Below are positions 19,176-28,623 of a stretch of 64,000 nucleotides of DNA, piece by piece. The stretch spans positions 11,248 to 75,247 of the forward strand of contig JAOKFZ010000001.1 of the NCBI GenBank assembly GCA_028247315.1. The letters are read 5' to 3'. Numbering within the stretch: position 1 is the first letter of the stretch; each line of letters begins with the position of its first letter. The notes beneath the pieces were generated by a model. That model saw nothing but the letters and a program-made list of their open reading frames with translations, was not told the origin of the DNA and searched no databases. This DNA is from Bacteroidia bacterium. Lineage in GTDB: Bacteria; Bacteroidota; Bacteroidia; NS11-12g; UBA9320. The translations under genes were made by a program, and so were the position numbers.

Positions 19176-20185
19176 TATTCTTCTATTTTGAGATGAATGC
19201 TATAGAGTATAGTGTCACCCATAAAATTACGGAGCTTATTCAGTCCTTTTTCCTGTTTATTCTCTCTCCAAGCGAGCTTGGTTACTTTTCGGAGGTAAGG
19301 CAGCAATGTCAATGTCTCATCTACCTCGGATTGTACTTTATGTTTCTTATTTTCTAAAAATTGAGAAAAATATTTTTTGAATACCGGAGCTACTATGTAG
19401 TACCACGCCAAAAGTATCCCAGCACTTCGTAAGAAGATATACAACCAGTTTTTCCATACAGCACCTCCATTCGTCATGAAGAAATAATATGCAGCTATTA
19501 GAGCAAAGAAGATTCCAAAAATTACCCATTGTCTCCATCTACCACGTTTCCTTTTGGCCAGTCCTACTTCATCATCGAATTCTATAGCTTGTATCTGGTA
19601 CTTTACATTACCTTGGTTTACATCAAGGTATCTAACGATATCATAAATAATGTACCCCACGACTATCCCGAGTAGGGCGTACAACCAGAGATAGATTGAA
19701 ATAAGTGCTGTGGACGAAAAAACGTTACCTAAAAATCCCATTCGTTCTACCACGTACTCACTAAAAGAATCTATAGCCTCCCAAAGACTCTTTCCGTATA
19801 TAAGTGTTAGAACCAATAGTTTTTGTAAAGCAGACTCTACAAGAGTGATAATACCCAGTAACATGGCACTCCACTTGCTTAAACTCAGGTTGCTATAAAT
19901 GAGGGCAGCCATCAACGCTTGAAAACTAACTGCTAAGTACGATGTAGGAGGGGAATGAGGACTTACCGCTAACTTTATAATAAGCACTACGAGCAAAGAT
20001 CTGAAAATTGTCTTTCGTTTGTCTTCTGCAAAATACGCAATTAGGCTGACTAACACTATTGCAAAACCACCTACAAAAAAACCTGTAAATGGCGATTGTA
20101 ATGCATGCAAAACACCACCAAGACCAGCTTCACTGAGAGCCCAAAGAGCTGTGAGACGCGATATTATTTTAGAATTTCTTTGCAC
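19175..20185 (-). CDS. Polytopic membrane protein of unknown function (336 aa, GTG start)
   Basis: About 7-8 hydrophobic segments and a charged cytoplasmic tail. A stop lies two codons upstream of the GTG at 20185 and there is no in-frame ATG until far downstream. Confidence 0.6.
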   Translation of the reverse strand: MQRNSKIISRLTALWALSEAGLGGVLHALQSPFTGFFVGGFAIVLVSLIAYFAEDKRKTIFRSLLVVLIIKLAVSPHSPPTSYLAVSFQALMAALIYSNLSLSKWSAMLLGIITLVESALQKLLVLTLIYGKSLWEAIDSFSEYVVERMGFLGNVFSSTALISIYLWLYALLGIVVGYIIYDIVRYLDVNQGNVKYQIQAIEFDDEVGLAKRKRGRWRQWVIFGIFFALIAAYYFFMTNGGAVWKNWLYIFLRSAGILLAWYYIVAPVFKKYFSQFLENKKHKVQSEVDETLTLLPYLRKVTKLAWRENKQEKGLNKLRNFMGDTILYSIHLKIEE

Positions 20186-20189
20186 TTTT

Positions 20190-20197
20190 CAAAGGTA
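20190..20197 (-). promoter_or_regulatory. Candidate -7 box (TACCTTTG) 4 nt upstream of the GTG start of the membrane protein
   Basis: The minus strand reads TACCTTTGAAAAGTG, matching TAnnTTTG. This would imply an almost leaderless transcript. Confidence 0.25.
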
Positions 20198-20281
20198 TGT
20201 ATTCGCGATGCCTTATTGCGTTTAGGGATACACATTATATTGGTGTAAGAAGACTCCTCAAGGGTGTGTCCTTTATATTGT

Positions 20282-20608
20282 TTATACCGAGAAACTCTCT
20301 CCGCATCCACAAGACCTACTCGCGTTTGGGTTATTGAACTGAAAACCTTTCCCATTTAGTCCGTCTGTAAAATCAAGCTCGGTACCACACAGATACAAGA
20401 AACTTTTCATATCGCACACCACTTTATATCCGTTACTTTCAAAAATCTGATCGTTCTCTTGCTCCTCGTTATCAAAGTCCATTTTATAACTAAGACCCGA
20501 ACAACCTCCACCCACTACAGACACACGTATAAAATACTCCCCATCTAACCCTTCGGTAGACATTATGGTATTTACTTGACTTGCTGCTCTTTCTGATACT
20601 GTTATCAT
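20282..20608 (-). CDS. iscA: Iron-sulfur cluster insertion protein (A-type carrier, HesB/IscA family)
   Basis: GGCSGLSY motif and C-terminal CGCGESF. Confidence 0.9.
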   Translation of the reverse strand: MITVSERAASQVNTIMSTEGLDGEYFIRVSVVGGGCSGLSYKMDFDNEEQENDQIFESNGYKVVCDMKSFLYLCGTELDFTDGLNGKGFQFNNPNASRSCGCGESFSV

Positions 20609-20667
20609 ATTATTTTGTCATACAATTGCTCACCCATCTACAATCGTTCAGGATGGCAATTTTGTTG

Positions 20668-21084
20668 TTAATAGTGTTTTTTATCGTCTTCTATGGGCTC
20701 TAGACCTTGCTTTACGCGGTAGTCATTGATAGCCATTTTAATAGCATCTTCTGCAAGTACCGAACAGTGGATTTTTACCGGTGGCAAAGCTAGTTCTTCT
20801 ACTATCTCCATATTATCTATTGCCATAGCATCATCTACACTCTTACCTTTCAGCCACTCCGTAGCTAGCGATGAAGAAGCGATAGCTGACCCACAACCGA
20901 ACGTCTTAAACTTTGCATCTTTGATTACACCAGTAGCATCATCTACTTCTATTTGCAGACGCATGACGTCTCCACACTCTGGAGCTCCTACCAATCCAGT
21001 ACCTACTGTTTTCGACTCTTTGTCTAGTGTACCTATGTTTCTTGGGTTTTGGTAATGATCGATTACTTTTTCTGAATATGCCAT
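20668..21084 (-). CDS. iscU: Fe-S cluster assembly scaffold IscU
   Basis: GAPECGDVMRL, FKTFGCGSAIASSS, LPPVKIHCSVLA. Confidence 0.95.
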   Translation of the reverse strand: MAYSEKVIDHYQNPRNIGTLDKESKTVGTGLVGAPECGDVMRLQIEVDDATGVIKDAKFKTFGCGSAIASSSLATEWLKGKSVDDAMAIDNMEIVEELALPPVKIHCSVLAEDAIKMAINDYRVKQGLEPIEDDKKHY

Positions 21085-21212
21085 ATCTTTTATATTTTTG
21101 GTTGCCAGGTTATTAGTTATGGTGATTGAACGACTCGCGAACTGTTAGCTGACTACTGATTCTTTTATTTTCTTATTACTATTTTACTTAAAACGATTAA
21201 CTATATTGCTAG

Positions 21213-22424
21213 TTAATGCTCCGCCCACTCTATTGCTTTCAAGTCGATGCCGTCTTTGAACATCTCCCATAGCGGACTCATATCTCTCAACTTATTTACG
21301 GCCGTCTTCACGTGGTCTACAGCAAAATCTATTTCCTCGTCTGTCGTAAATCTTCCTAAGCCAAAACGCAAAGATGAATGAGCCAACTCATCATCTAAAC
21401 CCAAACTTTTTAGAACATAACTCGGCTCTAACGATGCACTCGTACAGGCACTACCACTACTTACAGCGATATCCTTGGTGCCCATCATTAGACCTTCTCC
21501 TTCTACAAATTTAAACGAAATATTTGCAACGTGCGGAAGTCTATGCTCAGCATTACCGTTCACATATGCTTCTTCCATGGTTAAAAGCTCCTTTTCTAAT
21601 CTATCTCTCATAGCACCAAGACGTACGGCCTCATCTGCCATTTCGTTTTGACAGATTTCACATGCCTTACCAAAACCTACGATACCAGGAACATTAAGTG
21701 TACCACTTCTCATTCCTCTCTCGTGTCCGCCACCATCCATTTGACTAGTAACTTTCACTCTAGGGTTTTTACGTCTTACGTACAATGCACCAACTCCTTT
21801 GGGTCCGTACATTTTGTGAGCAGTAAAACTTAGTAAGTCTATACCATCTGCTAGTACATCTACAGGTATTTTACCTACAGCTTGTGTAGCATCTGTGTGA
21901 AATAGGATGCCGTTTTTCTTAGCGATAGCCGATATTCCTTTAATATCTTGTACTACACCTATCTCATTATTACCATACATTATGGTGATAAGGATTGTCT
22001 TATCTGTGATAGCTGCCTCGAGGTCTGCAAGGTTAATTAGTCCATCCTCATTCGGAGAAAGGTAGGTAACCTCACCACCCATTTTTTCTACTTTCTTGCA
22101 CGCATCTAATGTTGCTTTGTGCTCGGTAGTCACCGTAATCATATGATTGCCTTGAGAACCATACATTTCATAAACTCCTTTAATGGCTAGGTTGTTCGCC
22201 TCTGTAGCTCCAGAAGTAAAGATAATCTCCTTACTCGTAGAACCGATTAATCTTCCAACTTGCTCACGTGCATAGTCTACCGCTTCTTCTGCAGACCAAC
22301 CAAAGCTATGGTTTCTACTTGCTGCGTTACCAAATTTTTCATTGAAAAAAGGCAACATTGATTCCAGTACTCTCGGGTCCATTGGAGTCGTACTGTTATT
22401 ATCTAAGTATATTGGAAAATTCAT
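21213..22424 (-). CDS. iscS: Cysteine desulfurase IscS
   Basis: Group I desulfurase: FTSGATEANN, the PLP lysine region SFTAHKMYGPKG, and the active-site loop SSGSACTS. Confidence 0.95.
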   Translation of the reverse strand: MNFPIYLDNNSTTPMDPRVLESMLPFFNEKFGNAASRNHSFGWSAEEAVDYAREQVGRLIGSTSKEIIFTSGATEANNLAIKGVYEMYGSQGNHMITVTTEHKATLDACKKVEKMGGEVTYLSPNEDGLINLADLEAAITDKTILITIMYGNNEIGVVQDIKGISAIAKKNGILFHTDATQAVGKIPVDVLADGIDLLSFTAHKMYGPKGVGALYVRRKNPRVKVTSQMDGGGHERGMRSGTLNVPGIVGFGKACEICQNEMADEAVRLGAMRDRLEKELLTMEEAYVNGNAEHRLPHVANISFKFVEGEGLMMGTKDIAVSSGSACTSASLEPSYVLKSLGLDDELAHSSLRFGLGRFTTDEEIDFAVDHVKTAVNKLRDMSPLWEMFKDGIDLKAIEWAEH

Positions 22425-22462
22425 TCTTGTTCGCTTATGTTTATTTAGACTTAATCTAACTG

Positions 22463-22470
22463 CAAATATA
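22463..22470 (-). promoter_or_regulatory. Candidate -7 box (TATATTTG) upstream of iscS
   Basis: The minus strand reads TATATTTG 39 nt upstream of the iscS ATG. Confidence 0.35.
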
Positions 22471-22642
22471 ACGGCTTACAGTCAATAAAGTTTGGACACT
22501 TCAATGGTTTTTTTGATAGGACGATAAGGGTCATTTAATTATGATTAGAGAATGACCAAAGAACTATACAAAAAGGTCTTTCATCTTGTTCTGGTTAAAC
22601 TATAAATAAATCAAAATGCTACATTTACACGCTTATTCCAAC

Positions 22643-24811
22643 ATGCAAAAAAAACCAACACTACACACGCTTGCTGCCATACTTTGTCTAATGATAAGCA
22701 CTTCTGCTTTCTCGCAAAACATAGACCACTGGGAATCTGCCGTATACAATACCGACCAATGGAGCTATTTTGTAGGTTCTAGTGAGCCTTCTAGCCAATG
22801 GATACAGCCTAACTTTGATGCAAGTGCTTGGCTTGTAGATCAAGGGGGATTTGGGTATGACGATGGAGATGATAACACGACTATAGCCGCTACATCTTCG
22901 GTATACATTCGTAAATCCTTCAACCTCATAGACACTACAGTCATAAAATATCTCATCCTACAAGCAGACTATGACGATGCTTTTGTCGCATATCTCAATG
23001 GAACAGAAATAGCTCGTAACAATATAGGTACAGTAGGCACACCCCCCGCCCATGACGCTCTAGCTACTACATTCAAAGAAGCTCAGTTGTATACTGGTAA
23101 CCAGCCAGAAACATACTCATTGACACCAAATAACTTTCGTTCTCTTATAAAACAAGGAAGTAACACGCTCGCTATACAGATACACAATCAGAGTCTTACA
23201 TCTTCAGACTTAAGCAGCAATTTCTTTTTAACCCTTGGAATCAGCGATAATTCTAACAACTACAGAAGTACGCCTTCGTGGTTTCAAGCACCAAACCTTG
23301 GCAGCACCCTTCCCATCTTTGTTATTACCACAGACGATGATGCAGAAATAGTAGATGAGCCAAAGGTGGATGGCAACTTAGGCATTATCAATAATGCCGG
23401 ACTAAACAAACTAGGAGATCCATTCACCGGATATGACGGACGAATAGGCATAGAAATACGCGGAGCTTCTTCTCAGAGTTTTCCAAAAAATAACTTTGGG
23501 TTGGAGACCAGACTGGCCAACGGAGAAAACAACAATGTATCACTAGTTGGGATGCCAGAAGAAAATGACTGGGTATTGCATGGTCCGTACTCAGATAAGT
23601 CATTGCTTCGTAACGTGCTGGCCTATCACCTAGGCACAGAAACAGGAGAATATACGCCACGAACACAACTTTGTGAGCTGTATATAAATGAAGATTACCG
23701 CGGAGTATATATGCTCACCGAAAAGATAAAACGTGACAAGAATCGTGTAGATATCGCCAATCTTAAAGAAGCAGATATCTCTGGAGAGGAACTCACTGGC
23801 GGCTACCTAATACAAATAGACCGCGATGACGCGTCTACAGAACTGGATGGCTGGAAATCAAATAGTTCACCGCAGAAATTTTATGCTTTTCACGATCCAG
23901 ACCAAGACGAACTACAACCAGCACAGCGTGAGTATATCAAGACTTTTATCAGTTCTTTTGAGACGACTATGGCCTCTGCCGACTATGACAAGGACTATAC
24001 TGATTTTGTAGATCGCAGTTCCTGGATCAACTATTTTCTCGCTACCGAAATAGGGAAGCACATAGATGCCTACAAACTCAGTTTTTATATGCACAAGAAG
24101 AAGTCTAGTAATGGCGGCAAACTTCACTTTGGTCCGCTGTGGGATTTCAATCTGGGTTTTGGAAATTTTGATTTTGTGTGCTCCCCAGATCCACAAGGAT
24201 GGACATATGAGTTCCAAGGTACGTGTGACAATTCGCATCCGTTTTGGGTAAAGAAAATGACCGATATACCTGAAGTATCTAATCTAATAAACTGCCGTTG
24301 GCAAGAGCTACGCGAAGGGGCATGGCATACCGATAGTTTAATGCAATTCTTAGACGATAGACTCACAGAAATGGGCGATGCTCCAGACCGCAACTTCCAG
24401 AGATGGCCTACACTCGGCACGTATGTATGGCCAAACAGTTACGTCGGAGATACATATGAAGATGAGGTGAATTTCCTAAAAACATGGCTCACACAACGCC
24501 TTGCTTGGATGGATGCCAATATGCTTGGCGATTGTAATCTAGTGAGCACCGAAAAAATCGTGGCTGAAACTAAACCGTTCTCCATATTCCCAAATCCTAC
24601 TGCAGGTGTGATCTACCTAGAATCTTACTTGGCCAACAACCAAGGGAATGTGCTTCGCACGTTCAATAGCCTAGGAGCAGAAGTAGCAACATACCAAGCA
24701 TCTCAAAACATAAATAAGATAGACATCTCCACCCTAGCTAAAGGTATCTATACCCTAAAACTCTATCACGAGAATACGGAGATTGGATATGAAAAACTGG
24801 TAGTGAGATAG
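22643..24811 (+). CDS. CotH kinase-family protein with T9SS C-terminal sorting domain
   Basis: Signal peptide from the ATG at 22643. CotH core (IEIRGASSQSFPKNNFGLE...SLLRNVLAYHLG...CELYINEDYRGVYMLTEKIKRDKNRV). C-terminus FPNPTAGVIYLES...YTLKLY matches a T9SS type-A CTD. Confidence 0.8.
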   Translation: MQKKPTLHTLAAILCLMISTSAFSQNIDHWESAVYNTDQWSYFVGSSEPSSQWIQPNFDASAWLVDQGGFGYDDGDDNTTIAATSSVYIRKSFNLIDTTVIKYLILQADYDDAFVAYLNGTEIARNNIGTVGTPPAHDALATTFKEAQLYTGNQPETYSLTPNNFRSLIKQGSNTLAIQIHNQSLTSSDLSSNFFLTLGISDNSNNYRSTPSWFQAPNLGSTLPIFVITTDDDAEIVDEPKVDGNLGIINNAGLNKLGDPFTGYDGRIGIEIRGASSQSFPKNNFGLETRLANGENNNVSLVGMPEENDWVLHGPYSDKSLLRNVLAYHLGTETGEYTPRTQLCELYINEDYRGVYMLTEKIKRDKNRVDIANLKEADISGEELTGGYLIQIDRDDASTELDGWKSNSSPQKFYAFHDPDQDELQPAQREYIKTFISSFETTMASADYDKDYTDFVDRSSWINYFLATEIGKHIDAYKLSFYMHKKKSSNGGKLHFGPLWDFNLGFGNFDFVCSPDPQGWTYEFQGTCDNSHPFWVKKMTDIPEVSNLINCRWQELREGAWHTDSLMQFLDDRLTEMGDAPDRNFQRWPTLGTYVWPNSYVGDTYEDEVNFLKTWLTQRLAWMDANMLGDCNLVSTEKIVAETKPFSIFPNPTAGVIYLESYLANNQGNVLRTFNSLGAEVATYQASQNINKIDISTLAKGIYTLKLYHENTEIGYEKLVVR

Positions 24812-24839
24812 ACCACACCTTCACCGTCTTACTGATATA

Positions 24840-25412
24840 ATGCACCTCAACCACCCCAAACTCGTTCAACTTCTGCAGAAAGCATACTCTGCCGAGAAAG
24901 CAGCTTCTTTTGCTTACATCGGGCATGCCGCTTCGCTGAAAGATCCTGTGCAGATAGCTGCTATTAAACAAATAGAAGAGGATGAATGGGGACACCGTGC
25001 AGAGGTGCTAAAAATCATGCAGCAATACGCTATTCCCGTATCCAAGTGGCATGAATTTCAGTTTCGTGTGATTGGGAAAGCCATTGGTTTTAGCTGCCAC
25101 GTCATCGGGAGATTTATGCCTTATTATTTTGCCGGAGGCCTAGAAAGTGGTAACGTGTGTGAGTATTTTATGATGATGAAATATTTCAGAACCCTTGGTA
25201 TCACAGAACACGATGAGATTCTCTACGAGATGGGTATCAAAGAAAAAGAACACGAGATCTTCTTTTTAAATGCTGTAAAAGACAACGGAGCTCTCCCATT
25301 CTTTGAAAAAATATTTGGCTGGGGCAAAATCAAACAAAAAAACAATGTAGACTTTGAAAACCTGAAACCCTTAGAGCGGTCGGGAGAATACTGCCATACT
25401 TCCGACAAATAG
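24840..25412 (+). CDS. Ferritin-like diiron-carboxylate family protein
   Basis: Two ExxH motifs (EEDEWGHRAE and KEKEHEIFF) in predicted helical context, with a hydrophobic central segment. Confidence 0.5.
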   Translation: MHLNHPKLVQLLQKAYSAEKAASFAYIGHAASLKDPVQIAAIKQIEEDEWGHRAEVLKIMQQYAIPVSKWHEFQFRVIGKAIGFSCHVIGRFMPYYFAGGLESGNVCEYFMMMKYFRTLGITEHDEILYEMGIKEKEHEIFFLNAVKDNGALPFFEKIFGWGKIKQKNNVDFENLKPLERSGEYCHTSDK

Positions 25413-25460
25413 CCTCGAGTCATACGGATTCTATTGAGCAATATTATCTATTATTGCCAC

Positions 25461-26660
25461 ATGGACTTTAAACCCGCAAATAACATTCAAGACCTTCAGT
25501 ATTTTGGAGAGTTTGGAGGCGTAAACCCCTCTATTTCTGATTCATCTACCTACACCTTTTTGTCTGCAAAGACCATGTTTGACACTTTTGAAGGCAATGC
25601 CGACGGGTGCTACTTGTACTCCAGGCATTCTTCTCCTTCCAATCTATACTTGGGAGAAGCTCTAGCAGCCATGGAAGGCACAGAAACAGCAAACGTTACC
25701 GCTTCTGGAATGGGGGCTATTACGGGCGTTATCTTAGAACTGTGCAAAGCAAACGACCATATTGTATGCAGTAGAACCATCTACGGAGGTACGTATGCAT
25801 TCCTAAAGAACTTTACACCCGGTTTCGGTATTGCTACTTCATTTGTAGATATCACCAACCTCGGACTCGTAGAAGCAGCCATCAATGAACACACCAAAGT
25901 ACTCTACTGCGAAAGTGTGAGTAACCCCTTGCTAGAAGTAGCAGATATAAAAGCACTAGCCGCTTTGGCTAAAAAATACAACTTGAAGCTAGTGGTAGAC
26001 AACACGTTCTCACCACTTTCTATTACTCCCCAAATACTGGGAGCCGACATAGTAATACACAGTCTTACCAAGTTTATCAATGGTTCAAGCGACACAGTAG
26101 GCGGTGTAGTTTGTGGTACGCAAGATTTCATAAATGCCTTGCGAGATGTAAACACAGGGGCATGTATGCTTCTGGGTTCTACGATGGACACCTTGCGAGC
26201 AGCGTCTGTTCTGAAAAACCTGAGAACGCTTCATATACGCATACAGCAACACAGCAAAAACGCCATGTATTTGGCAGAAAAATTTGAAAGTATCGGACTT
26301 AGAACCGTTTATCCCGGATTGCCATCTCACCCATCGCATGCCATTTTTAAGTCGATGCTGAACGATGAGTATGGATACGGCGGCATGCTTACTGTAGACG
26401 TAGGTAGCCTGGATAAAGCCAATGAGTTAATGGAAATGATGCAAAATAAAAACCTCGGCTACTTAGCCGTAAGTCTGGGTTTTTACAAAACACTTTTTAG
26501 TGCACCAGGAAGCTCTACATCCTCTGAGATACCAGAAGAAGAACAAAAAAAAATGGGCCTAAGCGATGGTTTAATCCGCTTCTCTATAGGCCTAGATGCA
26601 GATATAGAACGTACGCATACGGTCATGGTAGATTGCATGAGAGCCGTTGGCGTGCTGTAG
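25461..26660 (+). CDS. Cys/Met-metabolism PLP-dependent enzyme (methionine gamma-lyase / O-acylhomoserine sulfhydrylase-like)
   Basis: YSRHSSPSNLYLGEALAAMEG, ASGMGAI, the PLP-lysine motif HSLTKFINGSSD, and LGFYKTLFSAPGSSTSSE. The ATG at 25461 is preferred over the TTG at 25434. Confidence 0.8.
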   Translation: MDFKPANNIQDLQYFGEFGGVNPSISDSSTYTFLSAKTMFDTFEGNADGCYLYSRHSSPSNLYLGEALAAMEGTETANVTASGMGAITGVILELCKANDHIVCSRTIYGGTYAFLKNFTPGFGIATSFVDITNLGLVEAAINEHTKVLYCESVSNPLLEVADIKALAALAKKYNLKLVVDNTFSPLSITPQILGADIVIHSLTKFINGSSDTVGGVVCGTQDFINALRDVNTGACMLLGSTMDTLRAASVLKNLRTLHIRIQQHSKNAMYLAEKFESIGLRTVYPGLPSHPSHAIFKSMLNDEYGYGGMLTVDVGSLDKANELMEMMQNKNLGYLAVSLGFYKTLFSAPGSSTSSEIPEEEQKKMGLSDGLIRFSIGLDADIERTHTVMVDCMRAVGVL

Positions 26661-26724
26661 ACAAATACGATATTAATTGGATATATAGTATCTAACTACA
26701 TTTCTATTCCTTAAACTTGTACCA

Positions 26725-27135
26725 ATGCAAAAGATAGAGCATATAGGTATTGCAGTAAGGGATATAGAAGAGAGCAACAAACTCTTTGCTAAGCTACTGA
26801 ATACAGAACACTACAAAATGGAAGCTGTGGAGAGCGAAGGTGTTATCACCTCTTTTTTTCGAATAGGAGATGTAAAAATCGAACTCCTACAAGCCACCAA
26901 AGAGACTAGTGCTATTCATTCTTTTGTAGAAAAAAAAGGAGAAGGTGTGCACCATATTGCTTTTGCCGTGGAAGATGTAAATACGGAACTGAAGCGTTTG
27001 AAAGCTGAAGGTTTTGATGCTATACACCAAGAGGCGAAGGACGGTGCTGATGGTAAAGTCATTGCATTTTTGCACCCTAAATCTACCAATAGCGTATTAA
27101 CCGAAATTTGTTCCAATAAAGATGCTACAAAATAA
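26725..27135 (+). CDS. mce: Methylmalonyl-CoA epimerase (VOC/glyoxalase fold)
   Basis: IEHIGIAVRDIEES, GEGVHHIAFAVEDV and FLHPKSTNSVLTE are typical of the epimerase family. Confidence 0.8.
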   Translation: MQKIEHIGIAVRDIEESNKLFAKLLNTEHYKMEAVESEGVITSFFRIGDVKIELLQATKETSAIHSFVEKKGEGVHHIAFAVEDVNTELKRLKAEGFDAIHQEAKDGADGKVIAFLHPKSTNSVLTEICSNKDATK

Positions 27136-28216
27136 AAACGTACGACTCATTCTTGCCATACTAGGAGTGCTATTCCTGAGCTACGTCCTCTGGAATGTAA
27201 GGTCTATCATATACTACTTTTTTGCTGCTGCTATCGTTGCCTTCATAGCAAGACCACTCATGCGTGTGCTTGGCAAGGTCAAAATAAAAGGATGGTCTAT
27301 CCCCAATTGGCTCAAGTCTACTGTAGTACTTGCCCTCTTTGTTACGGTTATCGTGGGATTGTTCAGCATGGTGATACCTACCATAATAGAGCAGGCTCAC
27401 ATTATTTCTAAGATAGATACTAAAAATGTAGTAGGCCGATTACAGCCACAGATAGAATCTGTAAGCTCACTGATGGAGAAGGCCAACATAGATAAGGTAG
27501 AATTGCAAAGTATTGTACAAAAAGAAGTCTCCAAAATATTTAGCATGGGCGACATAGGAACGTACGTTACTGGTTTTTTGAGTGGGATAACGGGATCGCT
27601 TATCGCTGCATTTTCGATACTCTTCATCAGCTTCTTTCTACTAAAAGACGGTAGCATAGTAGACAATGTGGTAGGCAGTATAACGCCAGACAAATACTTG
27701 GACAAAATCCGAACAATTTTTAATGAAACCAAGGACTTGCTTACCCGCTATTTTGTGGGAGTTGTTATACAAATAAGCATTGTTATGGTGGTTATCACCG
27801 TGGGGCTTACTATTTTGGATGTCAAAAATGCCTTACTCATCGGTGTTATTGCCGGCATCTTCAACATCATTCCCTACATAGGACCTATTATGGGTGCATT
27901 GCTTGGCATTAGCCTCGCAGCTACGGGCCAACTGGAGACCAATCCCGATCTGAGCATGACCACCTTTGTACTCTCTGCGATGATTCCATTTGCTGTGGCT
28001 CAAGCATTGGATAATTTTGTACTACAACCTCTCATATTTAGCAAAAGTGTAAAAGCCCATCCGCTCGAAATATTTCTCGTGATACTCGCTGCAGGCTCAC
28101 TTGCCGGTGTATTGGGAATGATCGTAGCAGTACCTGCATACTCCTTCATACGCATAGTGGCCAAGGAGTTTTTCAATGGTTACAAAGTAGTGCAAGGCTT
28201 AACCAAAGACTTGTAA
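27122..28216 (+). CDS. AI-2E family transporter (PerM-like permease)
   Basis: Eight or so TM segments. Conserved NIIPYIGPIMGA and LDNFVLQPLIFSKSVKAHPLEIFL blocks. Confidence 0.8.
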   Translation: MLQNKNVRLILAILGVLFLSYVLWNVRSIIYYFFAAAIVAFIARPLMRVLGKVKIKGWSIPNWLKSTVVLALFVTVIVGLFSMVIPTIIEQAHIISKIDTKNVVGRLQPQIESVSSLMEKANIDKVELQSIVQKEVSKIFSMGDIGTYVTGFLSGITGSLIAAFSILFISFFLLKDGSIVDNVVGSITPDKYLDKIRTIFNETKDLLTRYFVGVVIQISIVMVVITVGLTILDVKNALLIGVIAGIFNIIPYIGPIMGALLGISLAATGQLETNPDLSMTTFVLSAMIPFAVAQALDNFVLQPLIFSKSVKAHPLEIFLVILAAGSLAGVLGMIVAVPAYSFIRIVAKEFFNGYKVVQGLTKDL

Positions 28217-28623
28217 ACGTAAGAATGGCATTGGGTCTCATCCGATGCTGTTAGACACCCTAAAAATAACACTACCCGGGATTCCATTCGTGGGATTGCC
28301 TCTGGATATTCGTCACTCTTGCCTTGCAGTATATCTTAAAAATGAGCAGCAATATGTCACGTTACCGTAAAGTTTAACGCCGAAACCCAAACAATAGAGC
28401 AGAGTAATTGCAATTGTCTCTATTTACGTTTAATATCGGTCTAACTATACTATAGGCCGTGTTTATGCCACCACTTCAATTTTTTAAGAACCACAAAATA
28501 CAGTTTCAAAAAGAATTAGAAATGACTCATCGGCTGAACGAGAACCAATTGCCTACAATGGCAACAGAACCAGAAAACATACAGGTGTTAACAACACATT
28601 GAACAAATAAAAAATCACTTCCT

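Noticed and set aside
20226-20271. Hairpin GGATACAC...GTGTGTCC after iscA as an operon-internal terminator
   Set aside because: The stem has an internal C/A mismatch, the loop is 30 nt and there is no U-tract, which is too weak to call.
28465-28602. 45-codon ORF (MPPLQFFKNHKIQFQKELEMTHRLNENQLPTMATEPENIQVLTTH) in the long spacer
   Set aside because: It has no recognisable family, is short, and has no supporting promoter or coupling signal. It is mentioned in a finding but not called as a gene.
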